Positions 7,255 through 15,731 of a stretch of DNA of 19,579 nt are shown here, in pieces. Under the pieces are notes generated by a model, which worked only from the letters and a program-made list of their open reading frames with translations, had not been told where the DNA came from and ran no database searches. Numbering within the stretch: the first letter of the stretch is position 1; each line of letters starts with the position of its first letter. The position numbers and the translations under genes were made by a program. The DNA comes from Promethearchaeati archaeon (GTDB lineage: Archaea; Asgardarchaeota; Heimdallarchaeia; Heimdallarchaeales; Heimdallarchaeaceae): NCBI GenBank assembly GCA_013166775.1, contig JABLTJ010000044.1, positions 1 through 19,579 on the forward strand, in the 5' to 3' direction.

Positions 7255-8259
7255 ATGAAAGCAATTGTATATGAAAAATTCGGACCACCTGATGTTCTTC
7301 AGCTCAAAGAGATAGAAAAGCCTACTCCGAAGGACAACGAAGTACTGATAAAGGTACATGCGGTTCATGTGAATGCTGGGGATTTGATAGCTCGAAATTT
7401 GAAGAACATATCCCCTAGCAAGTTCCATATGCCTTTCTTATTCTGGTTTATTGCAAGAGCATCTTTTGGCTTCAGAAAACCAAAAACAAAAATTCTAGGA
7501 AATGAGTTTGCTGGAAAAATTGAATCAGTAGGTAAAGATGTTGAACGATTTAAAGCAGGTGATGAAGTTTTTGCATATGTTGGTCAGGCTATGGGTGCTT
7601 ACGCTGAGTATATATGCATGCCTGAAAAAGGAACAGTAGCACTTAAACCTACCAACATGACCTATGAGGAAGCTTCTACAGTTTCTGGTAATTCAATGAC
7701 TGCGAGGAATATCCTTAGTAAAGTAAACATTCAGAGTGGACAAAAAGTCCTTATCAATGGAGCTTCTGGAGGGATAGGAAGTATAGCGCTACAGCTTGCT
7801 AAAAGCTATGGGGCAGAAGTTACTGGAGTATGCGGTACCCCAAGAATGGAAATGGTGAAAGCTCTGGGAGCAGATAATATCATAGATTACACAAAAGAGG
7901 ATTTTACAACAAAAGGGAAAACCTATGATCTTATCTTTGACGTATTAGGTAAGAGTTCGTTTTCACGTAGTAAAAAAGTGCTAAATAAAAACGGAATCTA
8001 TCTTTTAGCCAACTTTAAATCGAGACAGCTGCTTCAAGCGCTAAGAACTAAAATAATAGGTAACAAGAAAGTAAAATGTGTGTTGAGTTTTGAAGAAGAT
8101 ATAGATTCAATCAAAGAGCTTGTAGAGGCGGGGAAGATAAAATCGTACATAGATAAAAGCTATCCAATGGAACAAGCTGCTGAGGCTCATGACTATGTAG
8201 AAAAAGGGTTCAAAAAAGGATATGTTGTAATAACTTTCAACGATAATGACCAAACCTAA
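7255..8259 (+). CDS. Zinc-independent MDR NAD(P)-dependent oxidoreductase, paralogue 1
   Basis: MKAIVY..GPPDVL, GNEFAG in place of the Zn-ligand GHE, GASGGIG nucleotide-binding motif, LGAD.IIDY. Confidence 0.95.
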   Translation: MKAIVYEKFGPPDVLQLKEIEKPTPKDNEVLIKVHAVHVNAGDLIARNLKNISPSKFHMPFLFWFIARASFGFRKPKTKILGNEFAGKIESVGKDVERFKAGDEVFAYVGQAMGAYAEYICMPEKGTVALKPTNMTYEEASTVSGNSMTARNILSKVNIQSGQKVLINGASGGIGSIALQLAKSYGAEVTGVCGTPRMEMVKALGADNIIDYTKEDFTTKGKTYDLIFDVLGKSSFSRSKKVLNKNGIYLLANFKSRQLLQALRTKIIGNKKVKCVLSFEEDIDSIKELVEAGKIKSYIDKSYPMEQAAEAHDYVEKGFKKGYVVITFNDNDQT

Positions 8260-8312
8260 CTAACTGGAGAAATACTTAATACGCACACAGAAAAAGGTTA
8301 GAAGGAATATTG

Positions 8313-9284
8313 ATGAAGGCAGTTGTTTACAAAAAGTATGGTTCTACTAAGGTTCTAAAATTGAAAGATGTAGAAAAACCTTCCCCCAAGGATAATGAAG
8401 TACTAGTAAGAATCCATGCTGCTTCTGCAAATGCAGCTGATTTGGATCAACTAAAAGGTGTATTTTTGATCCGATTGCAAGGTCTTTTTAGACCAAAATA
8501 TGAAATTCTTGGATCTGATTTTGCTGGGGTTGTTGAAGTTGTGGGTAAAGATGTTAGACAATTTCAACCTGGTGATGAGGTCTTAGGGGATTTAACCCAA
8601 TGTGGTTTTGGTGCTTTTGCTGAGTATGTTTGTGTCCCTGAAAAAATTCTTACTCTGAAACCTACTAGTATATCTTTCGAGGAAGCAGCGAGTATACCTT
8701 CTGCAGGAGTGCTTGCGGTGCAAGGACTTCGTGATTATGGACAGATTAAACCAGGATTGAAAGTTCTAATAAATGGTGCAGGAGGTAGTCTAGGTCCGTT
8801 TGCAGTACAACTTGCCAAATATTTTGAGACTGAAGTAACAGCTGTTGATAGTAGAGGAAAATTCGATATGTTGAGATCAATTGGGGCAGATAATGTTGTT
8901 GATTATTCTCAGGAAGATTACACGAAAAAAGGTATTAGTTATGACCTAATTCTTGATAATGTTGCCAAACGATCAATTTCAGATTACATAAGAGCTTTGA
9001 ATCCCAATGGAAATTTTGTGATGGTAGGAGGATCTACCTCTACAATGATCAAGATTTTCCTCCGAGGAAGAAAGATTCTAAAGCGTGAAGATAAGAAGTT
9101 GTCAGTATTAATTGGAAAACCAAATCGAAGAGAAGATGTAGACTTTCTATTGAATCTTATCGAATCACGTAAAGTTATACCTGTTATTGATAGTACTTAT
9201 CCATTAAGTGAAGTTGCAGAAGCTTTCAAACATCTTGAAGCAGGACATCCTAATGGTAAAATTATCATTAGAGTTGAGGATTAA
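8313..9284 (+). CDS. Zinc-independent MDR oxidoreductase, paralogue 2
   Basis: GSDFAG, GAFAEY, GAGGSLG; ATG 8313 aligns with the paralogue starts. Confidence 0.95.
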   Translation: MKAVVYKKYGSTKVLKLKDVEKPSPKDNEVLVRIHAASANAADLDQLKGVFLIRLQGLFRPKYEILGSDFAGVVEVVGKDVRQFQPGDEVLGDLTQCGFGAFAEYVCVPEKILTLKPTSISFEEAASIPSAGVLAVQGLRDYGQIKPGLKVLINGAGGSLGPFAVQLAKYFETEVTAVDSRGKFDMLRSIGADNVVDYSQEDYTKKGISYDLILDNVAKRSISDYIRALNPNGNFVMVGGSTSTMIKIFLRGRKILKREDKKLSVLIGKPNRREDVDFLLNLIESRKVIPVIDSTYPLSEVAEAFKHLEAGHPNGKIIIRVED

Positions 9285-9320
9285 AAGTAACATTTAAAAA
9301 ACCAAGTCTTAAGGCTACTT

Positions 9321-10286
9321 ATGAAAGCAGTTGTTTGTGAACAATACGGAGAACCTGAGATTCTTAAACTTAAAGAAGTAGCAAAACCAACTCCTAAAGA
9401 GGATGAAGTGTTGGTTAGGATTCATGCAGCATCAGTGAATTTTTCTGATGGTGCTTTTATAAGAGGAAAGCCATATCTAGGACGTATTTGGGCAGGATTA
9501 CTCAAACCAAAAAACCCTATTTATGGGTCTGATATTGCAGGAGAAATAGTAGCAGTAGGTAAGAACATAAAACAGTTTCAGATTGGTGATGAGGTTATTG
9601 GTGATTTAGGTGGTAAAAAGGGTGGATTTGCTGAATATGTATCTACTACTGAAAATGCCTTAGTTCCAAAACCTACTAATTTATCTTTCGAGGAAGCTGC
9701 TGCTGTACCTCAAGCATCATTTGTTGCTTTACAAGGTCTTCGTGATCATGGAAGGATTCAGAGCGGACAAAAAGTATTGATTAATGGTGCATCTGGCTGT
9801 TTAGGTACGTTTGCTGTTCAGTTGGCTAAATATTTTGAGGCTGAAGTAACTGGTGTATGTAGTACTAAGAATATAGATCTGGTCAAATCTCTTGGTGCTG
9901 ACCACGTTATTGATTATACTCAAGAAGATTTCACTAAAAGTGGAAAAAGTTATGACTTGATTTTTGATATTGCAGTAAGTCATTCAATTTCAGATTATAA
10001 ACGTGCATTGAAACCCAGAGGAACTTATATAGCTGGTGGATTCAATCCAACCTCTTTGTTCTTTGGTTCATTGATATCAATGTTTGGGAGTAAGAAAATT
10101 GCTTCGTATATGGGTAAATCAAGTGTTGAAGATATGATTTTTATAAAAAAGCTTATTGAAGAAGGTAAGGTTGTACCTATTATTAGCAAGCGTTTTCCAT
10201 TAACTGAGGTTGCAAAAGCTATCCGATATTACGAAGAAGGTGCTTACGGAAAAGTAGTCATAACTGTAGTAAAGAATACTGAATAA
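9321..10286 (+). CDS. Zinc-independent MDR oxidoreductase, paralogue 3
   Basis: GSDIAG, GGFAEY, GASGCLG, LGADHVIDY. Confidence 0.95.
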   Translation: MKAVVCEQYGEPEILKLKEVAKPTPKEDEVLVRIHAASVNFSDGAFIRGKPYLGRIWAGLLKPKNPIYGSDIAGEIVAVGKNIKQFQIGDEVIGDLGGKKGGFAEYVSTTENALVPKPTNLSFEEAAAVPQASFVALQGLRDHGRIQSGQKVLINGASGCLGTFAVQLAKYFEAEVTGVCSTKNIDLVKSLGADHVIDYTQEDFTKSGKSYDLIFDIAVSHSISDYKRALKPRGTYIAGGFNPTSLFFGSLISMFGSKKIASYMGKSSVEDMIFIKKLIEEGKVVPIISKRFPLTEVAKAIRYYEEGAYGKVVITVVKNTE

Positions 10287-10304
10287 CAAAATGGAGAGAT
10301 TATA

Positions 10305-11243
10305 ATCAAAGCGATAATTTATGAAAAATATGGCCCACCTGAAGTTCTTGAGTTAAAAGAAATAGACAAACCTATCCCTAAGGATAATGAACTACTAGTG
10401 AAAGTATATGGTACAACAGTAAATGCAGCTGTTGTAAATGGACGAAAAGGTATTCATCCAGATTCCAAGTTTTTTACTATAGCGTTGAGATTAATGTATG
10501 GTATCAGAAAACCTAGAAAACCAATTCTAGGCTATGAGTTTGCTGGTGTTGTTGAATCAGTTGGCAAAGATGTGACACAGTTTAAGAAAGGTGACGAAGT
10601 TTGGGGAACAACCACTATGTTAAAAAACGGATCATATGCGGAGTATGTGTGTGTTCCTGAAAAATGGAAAATGGGTGTTGTGGCACTTAAGCCTTCCAAC
10701 TTAACATACGAGCAAGCCGCAGCAGTACCTGTGGCAGGAATGGCAGTCCTACATATCCTTCGAAAAGCAGAAATCCAGAAAGGACAAAAGGTTCTGATTT
10801 ATGGAGCTTCTGGAAGTACAGGTAGTTTTTCAGTACAACTTGCCAAATATTTTGGGGCTGAGGTTACAGGTGTCTGCAGTACAGACAAAATAGAAATGGT
10901 GAAATCATTAGGCGCAGATAAGGTCATTGATTATACAAAGGAAGATTTTACTCAAAGTGGTGAAAAATATGATGTTGTTTTTGAATCAGTAGTAAAGATT
11001 TCTGATAAAAAATGCAAAAGCGCATTAAAACCAGAAGGTACTTTTCTAACAATAAAATCAATGACATCTGAAACTGAGGAAAAAATGGCTTATCTTAGAA
11101 ATCTTATTGAGAAGGATATAATCAAACCATATGTAGATCGAAGTTATCCTCTTGAAGAAATGGTTGAGGCTCACAAGTACGTTGATAAAGGTCATAAAAA
11201 GGGTAATGTAGTCATAACTGTAGCACAAAAAGAAGATAAATAG
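10305..11243 (+). CDS. Zinc-independent MDR oxidoreductase, paralogue 4 (ATC at the homologous start position)
   Basis: The frame extends upstream of GTG 10398 as (ATC)[18 protein letters not shown], matching [19 protein letters not shown] of paralogue 5; GYEFAG, GASGSTG. Confidence 0.88.
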   Translation: MKAIIYEKYGPPEVLELKEIDKPIPKDNELLVKVYGTTVNAAVVNGRKGIHPDSKFFTIALRLMYGIRKPRKPILGYEFAGVVESVGKDVTQFKKGDEVWGTTTMLKNGSYAEYVCVPEKWKMGVVALKPSNLTYEQAAAVPVAGMAVLHILRKAEIQKGQKVLIYGASGSTGSFSVQLAKYFGAEVTGVCSTDKIEMVKSLGADKVIDYTKEDFTQSGEKYDVVFESVVKISDKKCKSALKPEGTFLTIKSMTSETEEKMAYLRNLIEKDIIKPYVDRSYPLEEMVEAHKYVDKGHKKGNVVITVAQKEDK

Positions 11244-11264
11244 AAGTAAAAGTGTGATAGAATT

Positions 11265-11663
11265 ATGGAAGATTTGAATTTAAGATTTTCAGTTATATAG
11301 ATAGCAACAATGTTGTGTTATTTGTTAGGTGATGTAGTACGTATCTTTTCTGGGAATTTTCCACCAGGAGAGATTGATGGTGAGCCTGTAGGGACGATGA
11401 TGTGGTTTGGAATAGCAGCAATAATGGTGATTCCTATCATTATGGTTGTTCTTTTGGTAATATTGAAACATCCAGTGCTTAGCTGGTTGAACGTCATTAT
11501 AGCACTTGCCTTCCTCGTTTTTAATCTAGCTGGAATAGCTGGGTATGAGGTTTTTGATATATTTTTACTCAGTGTAAGTTTTGTGTTCAATCTACTGATT
11601 ATTTATATTGGAAGTACTAAATTAATTAAAGATTTAAAATTGAAAAAATCGATGAAGAGTTGA
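11265..11663 (+). pseudogene. DUF6326-like 4-TM protein, copy 1, with in-frame TAG at codon 12
   Basis: MEDLNLRFSVI*IATMLCYLLGDV aligns to copy 2 MVDLNIMLSILWVATMLIYLLGDV; TAG at 11298-11300 replaces TGG; a restart at ATG 11310 is possible. Confidence 0.7.
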
Positions 11664-11670
11664 TGAGAAA

Positions 11671-12594
11671 ATGAAAGCAATAGTTTATGAAAAATATGGA
11701 CCACCAGAGGTCCTAAAATTAAAAGAAGTAGACAAACCTACTCCCAAAGATAATGAAGTACTAATTAAAGTTCATGCCTCTACTGTGCATGCCGGAGATG
11801 TTAGAATGCGTAAATTTGATGTTCCTCCAGCTGAATGGCTTTTCGCAAAATTCTTTCTAGGAGTATTCAAACCTAGGAGGAAGATCTTAGGTATGGAATT
11901 ATCTGGTGAAATTGAAAAAATAGGGAAGGAAGTAACACAATTCAAAAAAGGTGATCATGTTTTTGCTTCTACTTTGTGGTCAAATTTTGGTGGGTATGCA
12001 GAATACAATTGTATTCCTGAAGATAAAGTGTTAGCATTGAAACCTAACAATATGACTCATGAAGAAGCAACCACTGTTCCAAATTCTGGAATAACTGTAC
12101 TAGAGATTTTTCGAAAAGTAGAAATCGAAAAGGGAACTAAGATACTAATATATGGTGCTTCTGGAAGTACTGGAGTTACTGCTGTTCAAATTGCCAAAGC
12201 TTTCGGTGCTGAGGTCACTGGCATTTGCAGTACAAAAAACTTAGAATGGGTAAAAGAATTAGGTGCAGATAAGGTCATTGATTACACTAAAGAGGATCTT
12301 ACAAAAATTGAAGAGACATACGATGTAGTTTTTGATGCAGTTGGATTGATGGATAAGAAAGTTAAGAATGCTATAGTAAAAACAGCAACTTTTCTAAACG
12401 TTAACAAGGATAGTGGAGGAATGTCTAAAGCATCAAAGGTACGTAAAGACTTAGTATATCTAAAGGAAATCTGCGAAGCAGGAAAATTCAAAGCAGTTAT
12501 AGATAAAACTTATCCATTGGAAAAAACTGCTGAAGCACATATCTATGTTGAAAAAGGACATAAAAAAGGTAATGTAGTCATAAAAATCGTATAA
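11671..12594 (+). CDS. Zinc-independent MDR oxidoreductase, paralogue 5
   Basis: [33 protein letters not shown]. Confidence 0.95.
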   Translation: MKAIVYEKYGPPEVLKLKEVDKPTPKDNEVLIKVHASTVHAGDVRMRKFDVPPAEWLFAKFFLGVFKPRRKILGMELSGEIEKIGKEVTQFKKGDHVFASTLWSNFGGYAEYNCIPEDKVLALKPNNMTHEEATTVPNSGITVLEIFRKVEIEKGTKILIYGASGSTGVTAVQIAKAFGAEVTGICSTKNLEWVKELGADKVIDYTKEDLTKIEETYDVVFDAVGLMDKKVKNAIVKTATFLNVNKDSGGMSKASKVRKDLVYLKEICEAGKFKAVIDKTYPLEKTAEAHIYVEKGHKKGNVVIKIV

Positions 12595-12628
12595 GATAAC
12601 AATAACAATAATTGAAGATGTGATAATA

Positions 12629-12994
12629 ATGGTAGATTTGAATATAATGCTCTCGATATTATGGGTAGCAACTATGCTAATTTATTTGTTAGGTGATGTA
12701 ATACGTATTTTTGCTGGGGAATTTACTCCAGGAGAAATAGAAGGTAAAAAAGTTAGTCAGATAGCATATTTAGGGATGGCTGCTCTAATGTTACTACCAA
12801 TTGTTATGGTTGTACTCTCTGTAATACTACCCCAACCTGCTAATAGCATTTTAAGCATCATCATTGCAAGTTTCTTTGTTTTTCTTAATCTTGCAGGAAT
12901 AAAGGGGTATAAGCCTTTTGATGTATTTTTAATATGTGCAAGTTTTGTGTTAAATGCACTGACTATTTATTATGCAAGTACTATATTTCTATAA
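12629..12994 (+). CDS. DUF6326-like 4-TM membrane protein, copy 2
   Basis: LSILWVATMLIYLLGDV...LMLLPIVMVVLS pattern; SD-like GATGTGAT before ATG 12629. Family name is from recall of the motif. Confidence 0.75.
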   Translation: MVDLNIMLSILWVATMLIYLLGDVIRIFAGEFTPGEIEGKKVSQIAYLGMAALMLLPIVMVVLSVILPQPANSILSIIIASFFVFLNLAGIKGYKPFDVFLICASFVLNALTIYYASTIFL

Positions 12995-13011
12995 AAGATG
13001 AGATGAAAGAA

Positions 13012-13794
13012 ATGGTAAATAAAAAAACCAGTGATGAAATCAAAGAAACTGAAATTAGTAACTCCAGAATGGTGCTCAAAATCTTCAAACTATTCTTCTT
13101 TAGTCTAATTAGATTGAGATTTTATATACCTGGGATACCTGAAATAAAAGTGCATCAGTTAAATGAACAGATAAAAAATAACCAACCTCCTTTAATGATT
13201 GATTTACGAGACAAAGCAGATTTTTATGTTACTGAAAAGGCTTTCAAGACATATGGGCATATTCCAAATGCAAAATTAATTCCAATGTTTCAGTTACCAG
13301 CAAATGTCAAGCATCTTTCATCTTTTAAAGATAAACTAATAGTCACCATTTGTCCAGGAGGAGGTGCTTCTTTGATTGCTGCTGAAATAATGATCAAAGC
13401 AGGTTTTAGGGATGTTAGGAGCTTAAGAGGAGGAATGAACAAATGGCACAAAAAAAGATACCCAACCACTAAAGCTGAGACTGATGAAGACCTAATGTTC
13501 TTTATTGAAAAGAAGCCAGATATGCTTGATGAGAAGCATACTATGGATGAATATTTTAATGGTGAAATACACAAGACTCTTGATGCACGTAATTTAAGCT
13601 GCCCTGCTCCTATAATGAAATCTAAGAAAGAATTGATGAAATTAGAAGTAGGTCAAGTGTTAGAAGTATTAACCACCGATCCTGGAAGTAAGAGAGACAT
13701 TCCAGCATGGATTAATGTATCTGGTCAGAAACTCCTTTCATTAGAAGATAAAGATTCAGAAGAATTTCGTTTCATTGTTAAGAGACTGAAATAG
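13012..13794 (+). CDS. Rhodanese-domain / TusA (SirA-like) fusion sulfur-carrier protein
   Basis: Rhodanese IDLR...GHIPNA...ICPGGGAS...LRGGMNKW; C-terminal TusA LDARNLSCPAPI...LTTDPGSKRDIPAW. Start is ATG 13003 or 13012; the 12934 start overlaps the previous gene. Confidence 0.92.
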   Translation: MVNKKTSDEIKETEISNSRMVLKIFKLFFFSLIRLRFYIPGIPEIKVHQLNEQIKNNQPPLMIDLRDKADFYVTEKAFKTYGHIPNAKLIPMFQLPANVKHLSSFKDKLIVTICPGGGASLIAAEIMIKAGFRDVRSLRGGMNKWHKKRYPTTKAETDEDLMFFIEKKPDMLDEKHTMDEYFNGEIHKTLDARNLSCPAPIMKSKKELMKLEVGQVLEVLTTDPGSKRDIPAWINVSGQKLLSLEDKDSEEFRFIVKRLK

Positions 13795-13814
13795 AAGATT
13801 TGAAGAAATCTTCT
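13793..13814 (+). terminator. 9-bp hairpin overlapping the stop codon
   Basis: AGAAGATTT-GAAG-AAATCTTCT followed by pyrimidines. Confidence 0.4.
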
Positions 13815-13953
13815 TCCTTGATTCAAATTTCAAGAATAATAGATTTCAACATTACTCTAATAAATAAATTCGAATGTAAACTTAATTAGGTCTTCAATAA
13901 AATACTCTTAGCAGAGTTGCTCTAAACACTATATGATCAAAAGAGGAAATGAG

Positions 13954-15048
13954 ATGAATATTGTTTTGATAATTTTTATTTGGGTAGTTTCTATACCCGT
14001 AGGACTACTGCTATTAACTCTCATTAGCTTACAAATCTCTAAGTTCTATCTGAGAATTTCGACCAGAATCAGGACTCCTAATGGTATAAGTTCATTAGAA
14101 GAGATTATTTTGAAAAACGAGAAACAATGGATATTCATCAGAGGTATGGATCAAAACAACCCAGTCTTAATATTCTTGCATGGTGGTCCTGGTGAACCTG
14201 CAATGGGTATATCAAGTTCGAGAAGGTTAGATGCCGAATTAATTAAACATTTCACAGTGGTTCATTGGGATCAGCGAGGAGCAGGTAAATCATATAATAC
14301 AAGTATCTCAGATGAATCAATGACCTTGGATAGAGTAGTTGAAGATTGTAATGAGTTAATAGATCATTTACGGATAAGATTTGATACAGATAAAGTCTTT
14401 ATCGTCGCGCATTCATCAGGAACATTGTTCGGAATTAAAACTGCGTATAAATATCCAGAAAAAATCCATGCTTATGTCGGAGTGGCGCAAATTATCAACG
14501 ACTATGAACATGAGAAAATAAACTATGATTTTGTTGTTGAAGAAGCTAAAAAATCTGGTAAAGAAAAACATCAAATTGCGATAAAAGAAATTGGACCTCC
14601 ACCTTATGAAACACCTAAAAAATTATTCGAAAAAGCTAATTATATTGTTCGATATGGAGGAATGCTGGTAGATATGTCCTTTAGAAAAATGATGGGTATT
14701 GTACTCCCCTATTTAACATCACCTGAATATTCATTATCAGAAGGAATTAAAACGATATTGGGGAAAGGACGAAATTTCACTACGAATTCCTTGTGGAAGG
14801 AAATAACAGAAGTCAATTTCACTAAAGAAATAGATTCGATTAAAGTTCCCATATATTTCTTTGAAGGTAAATATGATATGATTACTCCTACTATTCAAGT
14901 TGAAAAATTCTATAAGAAGTTGATAGCTGAAAAAGGAAAAGAACTCATTCTTTTTAAAAACTCAGCACATTTTCCAATGTTAGAAGAAAACAAGAAGTAT
15001 CAAGAATTATTAATAAACGTTGTATTAAAAGATAATCAGAGCAAATGA
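13954..15048 (+). CDS. Alpha/beta hydrolase (prolyl iminopeptidase-like, S33), N-terminal TM anchor
   Basis: FLHGGPG, WDQRGAGKS, nucleophile AHSSG, acid GKYD, His in SAHFP; hydrophobic N-terminus. Start 13954 (GAGG upstream) or 13933. Confidence 0.92.
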   Translation: MNIVLIIFIWVVSIPVGLLLLTLISLQISKFYLRISTRIRTPNGISSLEEIILKNEKQWIFIRGMDQNNPVLIFLHGGPGEPAMGISSSRRLDAELIKHFTVVHWDQRGAGKSYNTSISDESMTLDRVVEDCNELIDHLRIRFDTDKVFIVAHSSGTLFGIKTAYKYPEKIHAYVGVAQIINDYEHEKINYDFVVEEAKKSGKEKHQIAIKEIGPPPYETPKKLFEKANYIVRYGGMLVDMSFRKMMGIVLPYLTSPEYSLSEGIKTILGKGRNFTTNSLWKEITEVNFTKEIDSIKVPIYFFEGKYDMITPTIQVEKFYKKLIAEKGKELILFKNSAHFPMLEENKKYQELLINVVLKDNQSK

Positions 15049-15087
15049 TAAAAATATCCAGTTTATTTAAAAAATGAGATGTAAAGA

Positions 15088-15711
15088 ATGAATAAGTCAG
15101 AGAAGTTTTGGGACAAAAGAGCAAAAGAGTACGATAAACAAGATAAGAAGTATGAATTAAGTCAAAACAAAGCTGTTGAAAATACTATCAAATATCTAGA
15201 TAGGAACCATAAAATCTTAGATTTTGGTTGTGGGTATGGATTGATTACTGCAAAAATAGCTGAATATGTGAAAGAGGTTCATGGTATAGATATCTCATCA
15301 GAAATGATAGATGTTGCACAAAGAAAAGCAGTTGAACACAATATTGAAAACGTAAGTTATACCAAAGCAACTATATTTGATGATTTTCTTAAAGAAGAAT
15401 CATATGATGTGATTTTAGCTTACAATATTCTACATCTGTTGGAAGATAAGAAGAAGGTTATAGAAAGTATAAACAAATTACTAAAACCTGGAGGGTTATT
15501 CATTTCTGAAACAGTTTGCTTTGGAGAAAAAAAAGCTACTCTTGGTGGTCTACTAATCTTCCTAAGCAAAATAAAACTGATCCCGTATGTTGATAAAATG
15601 AAATTTTCAGATTTAGATAGTTTGATTGTTGCAGAGAATTTTCAAATTATAGAAACTGAAGATTTAGACAATAATTCTCTAAACTATTTCATTGTAGCAA
15701 AAAAGCAGTAG
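15088..15711 (+). CDS. Class I SAM-dependent methyltransferase
   Basis: ILDFGCGYG, GIDISSEMI, YDVI, LLKPGGLF. Confidence 0.95.
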   Translation: MNKSEKFWDKRAKEYDKQDKKYELSQNKAVENTIKYLDRNHKILDFGCGYGLITAKIAEYVKEVHGIDISSEMIDVAQRKAVEHNIENVSYTKATIFDDFLKEESYDVILAYNILHLLEDKKKVIESINKLLKPGGLFISETVCFGEKKATLGGLLIFLSKIKLIPYVDKMKFSDLDSLIVAENFQIIETEDLDNNSLNYFIVAKKQ

Positions 15712-15731
15712 AGGTTAAAGAAGATTATCTT

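Noticed and set aside
8254-8303. ACCTAAC ... GTTAGAA resembling integron attC R''/R' boxes after MDR1
   Set aside because: Only about 50 bp, interior not palindromic, not repeated at the other junctions, and no integrase in the window
11298-11300. Genome-wide TAG reassignment
   Set aside because: TAG terminates many genes here at the expected C-termini (csp, TetR, MDR4, TusA fusion, methyltransferase)
12596-12612. Short ATAACA-type tandem repeat
   Set aside because: Two to three copies in an AT-rich spacer; likely slippage
12934-13002. Cys-rich N-terminal extension (MCKFCVKC...) of the rhodanese ORF
   Set aside because: Alternate-frame translation of the preceding gene's 3' end; the real start is 13003 or 13012
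7159-13574. Minus-strand ORFs 7159-7428, 9801-9983, 11318-11590, 12282-12491 and 13290-13574
   Set aside because: Antisense to well-supported genes
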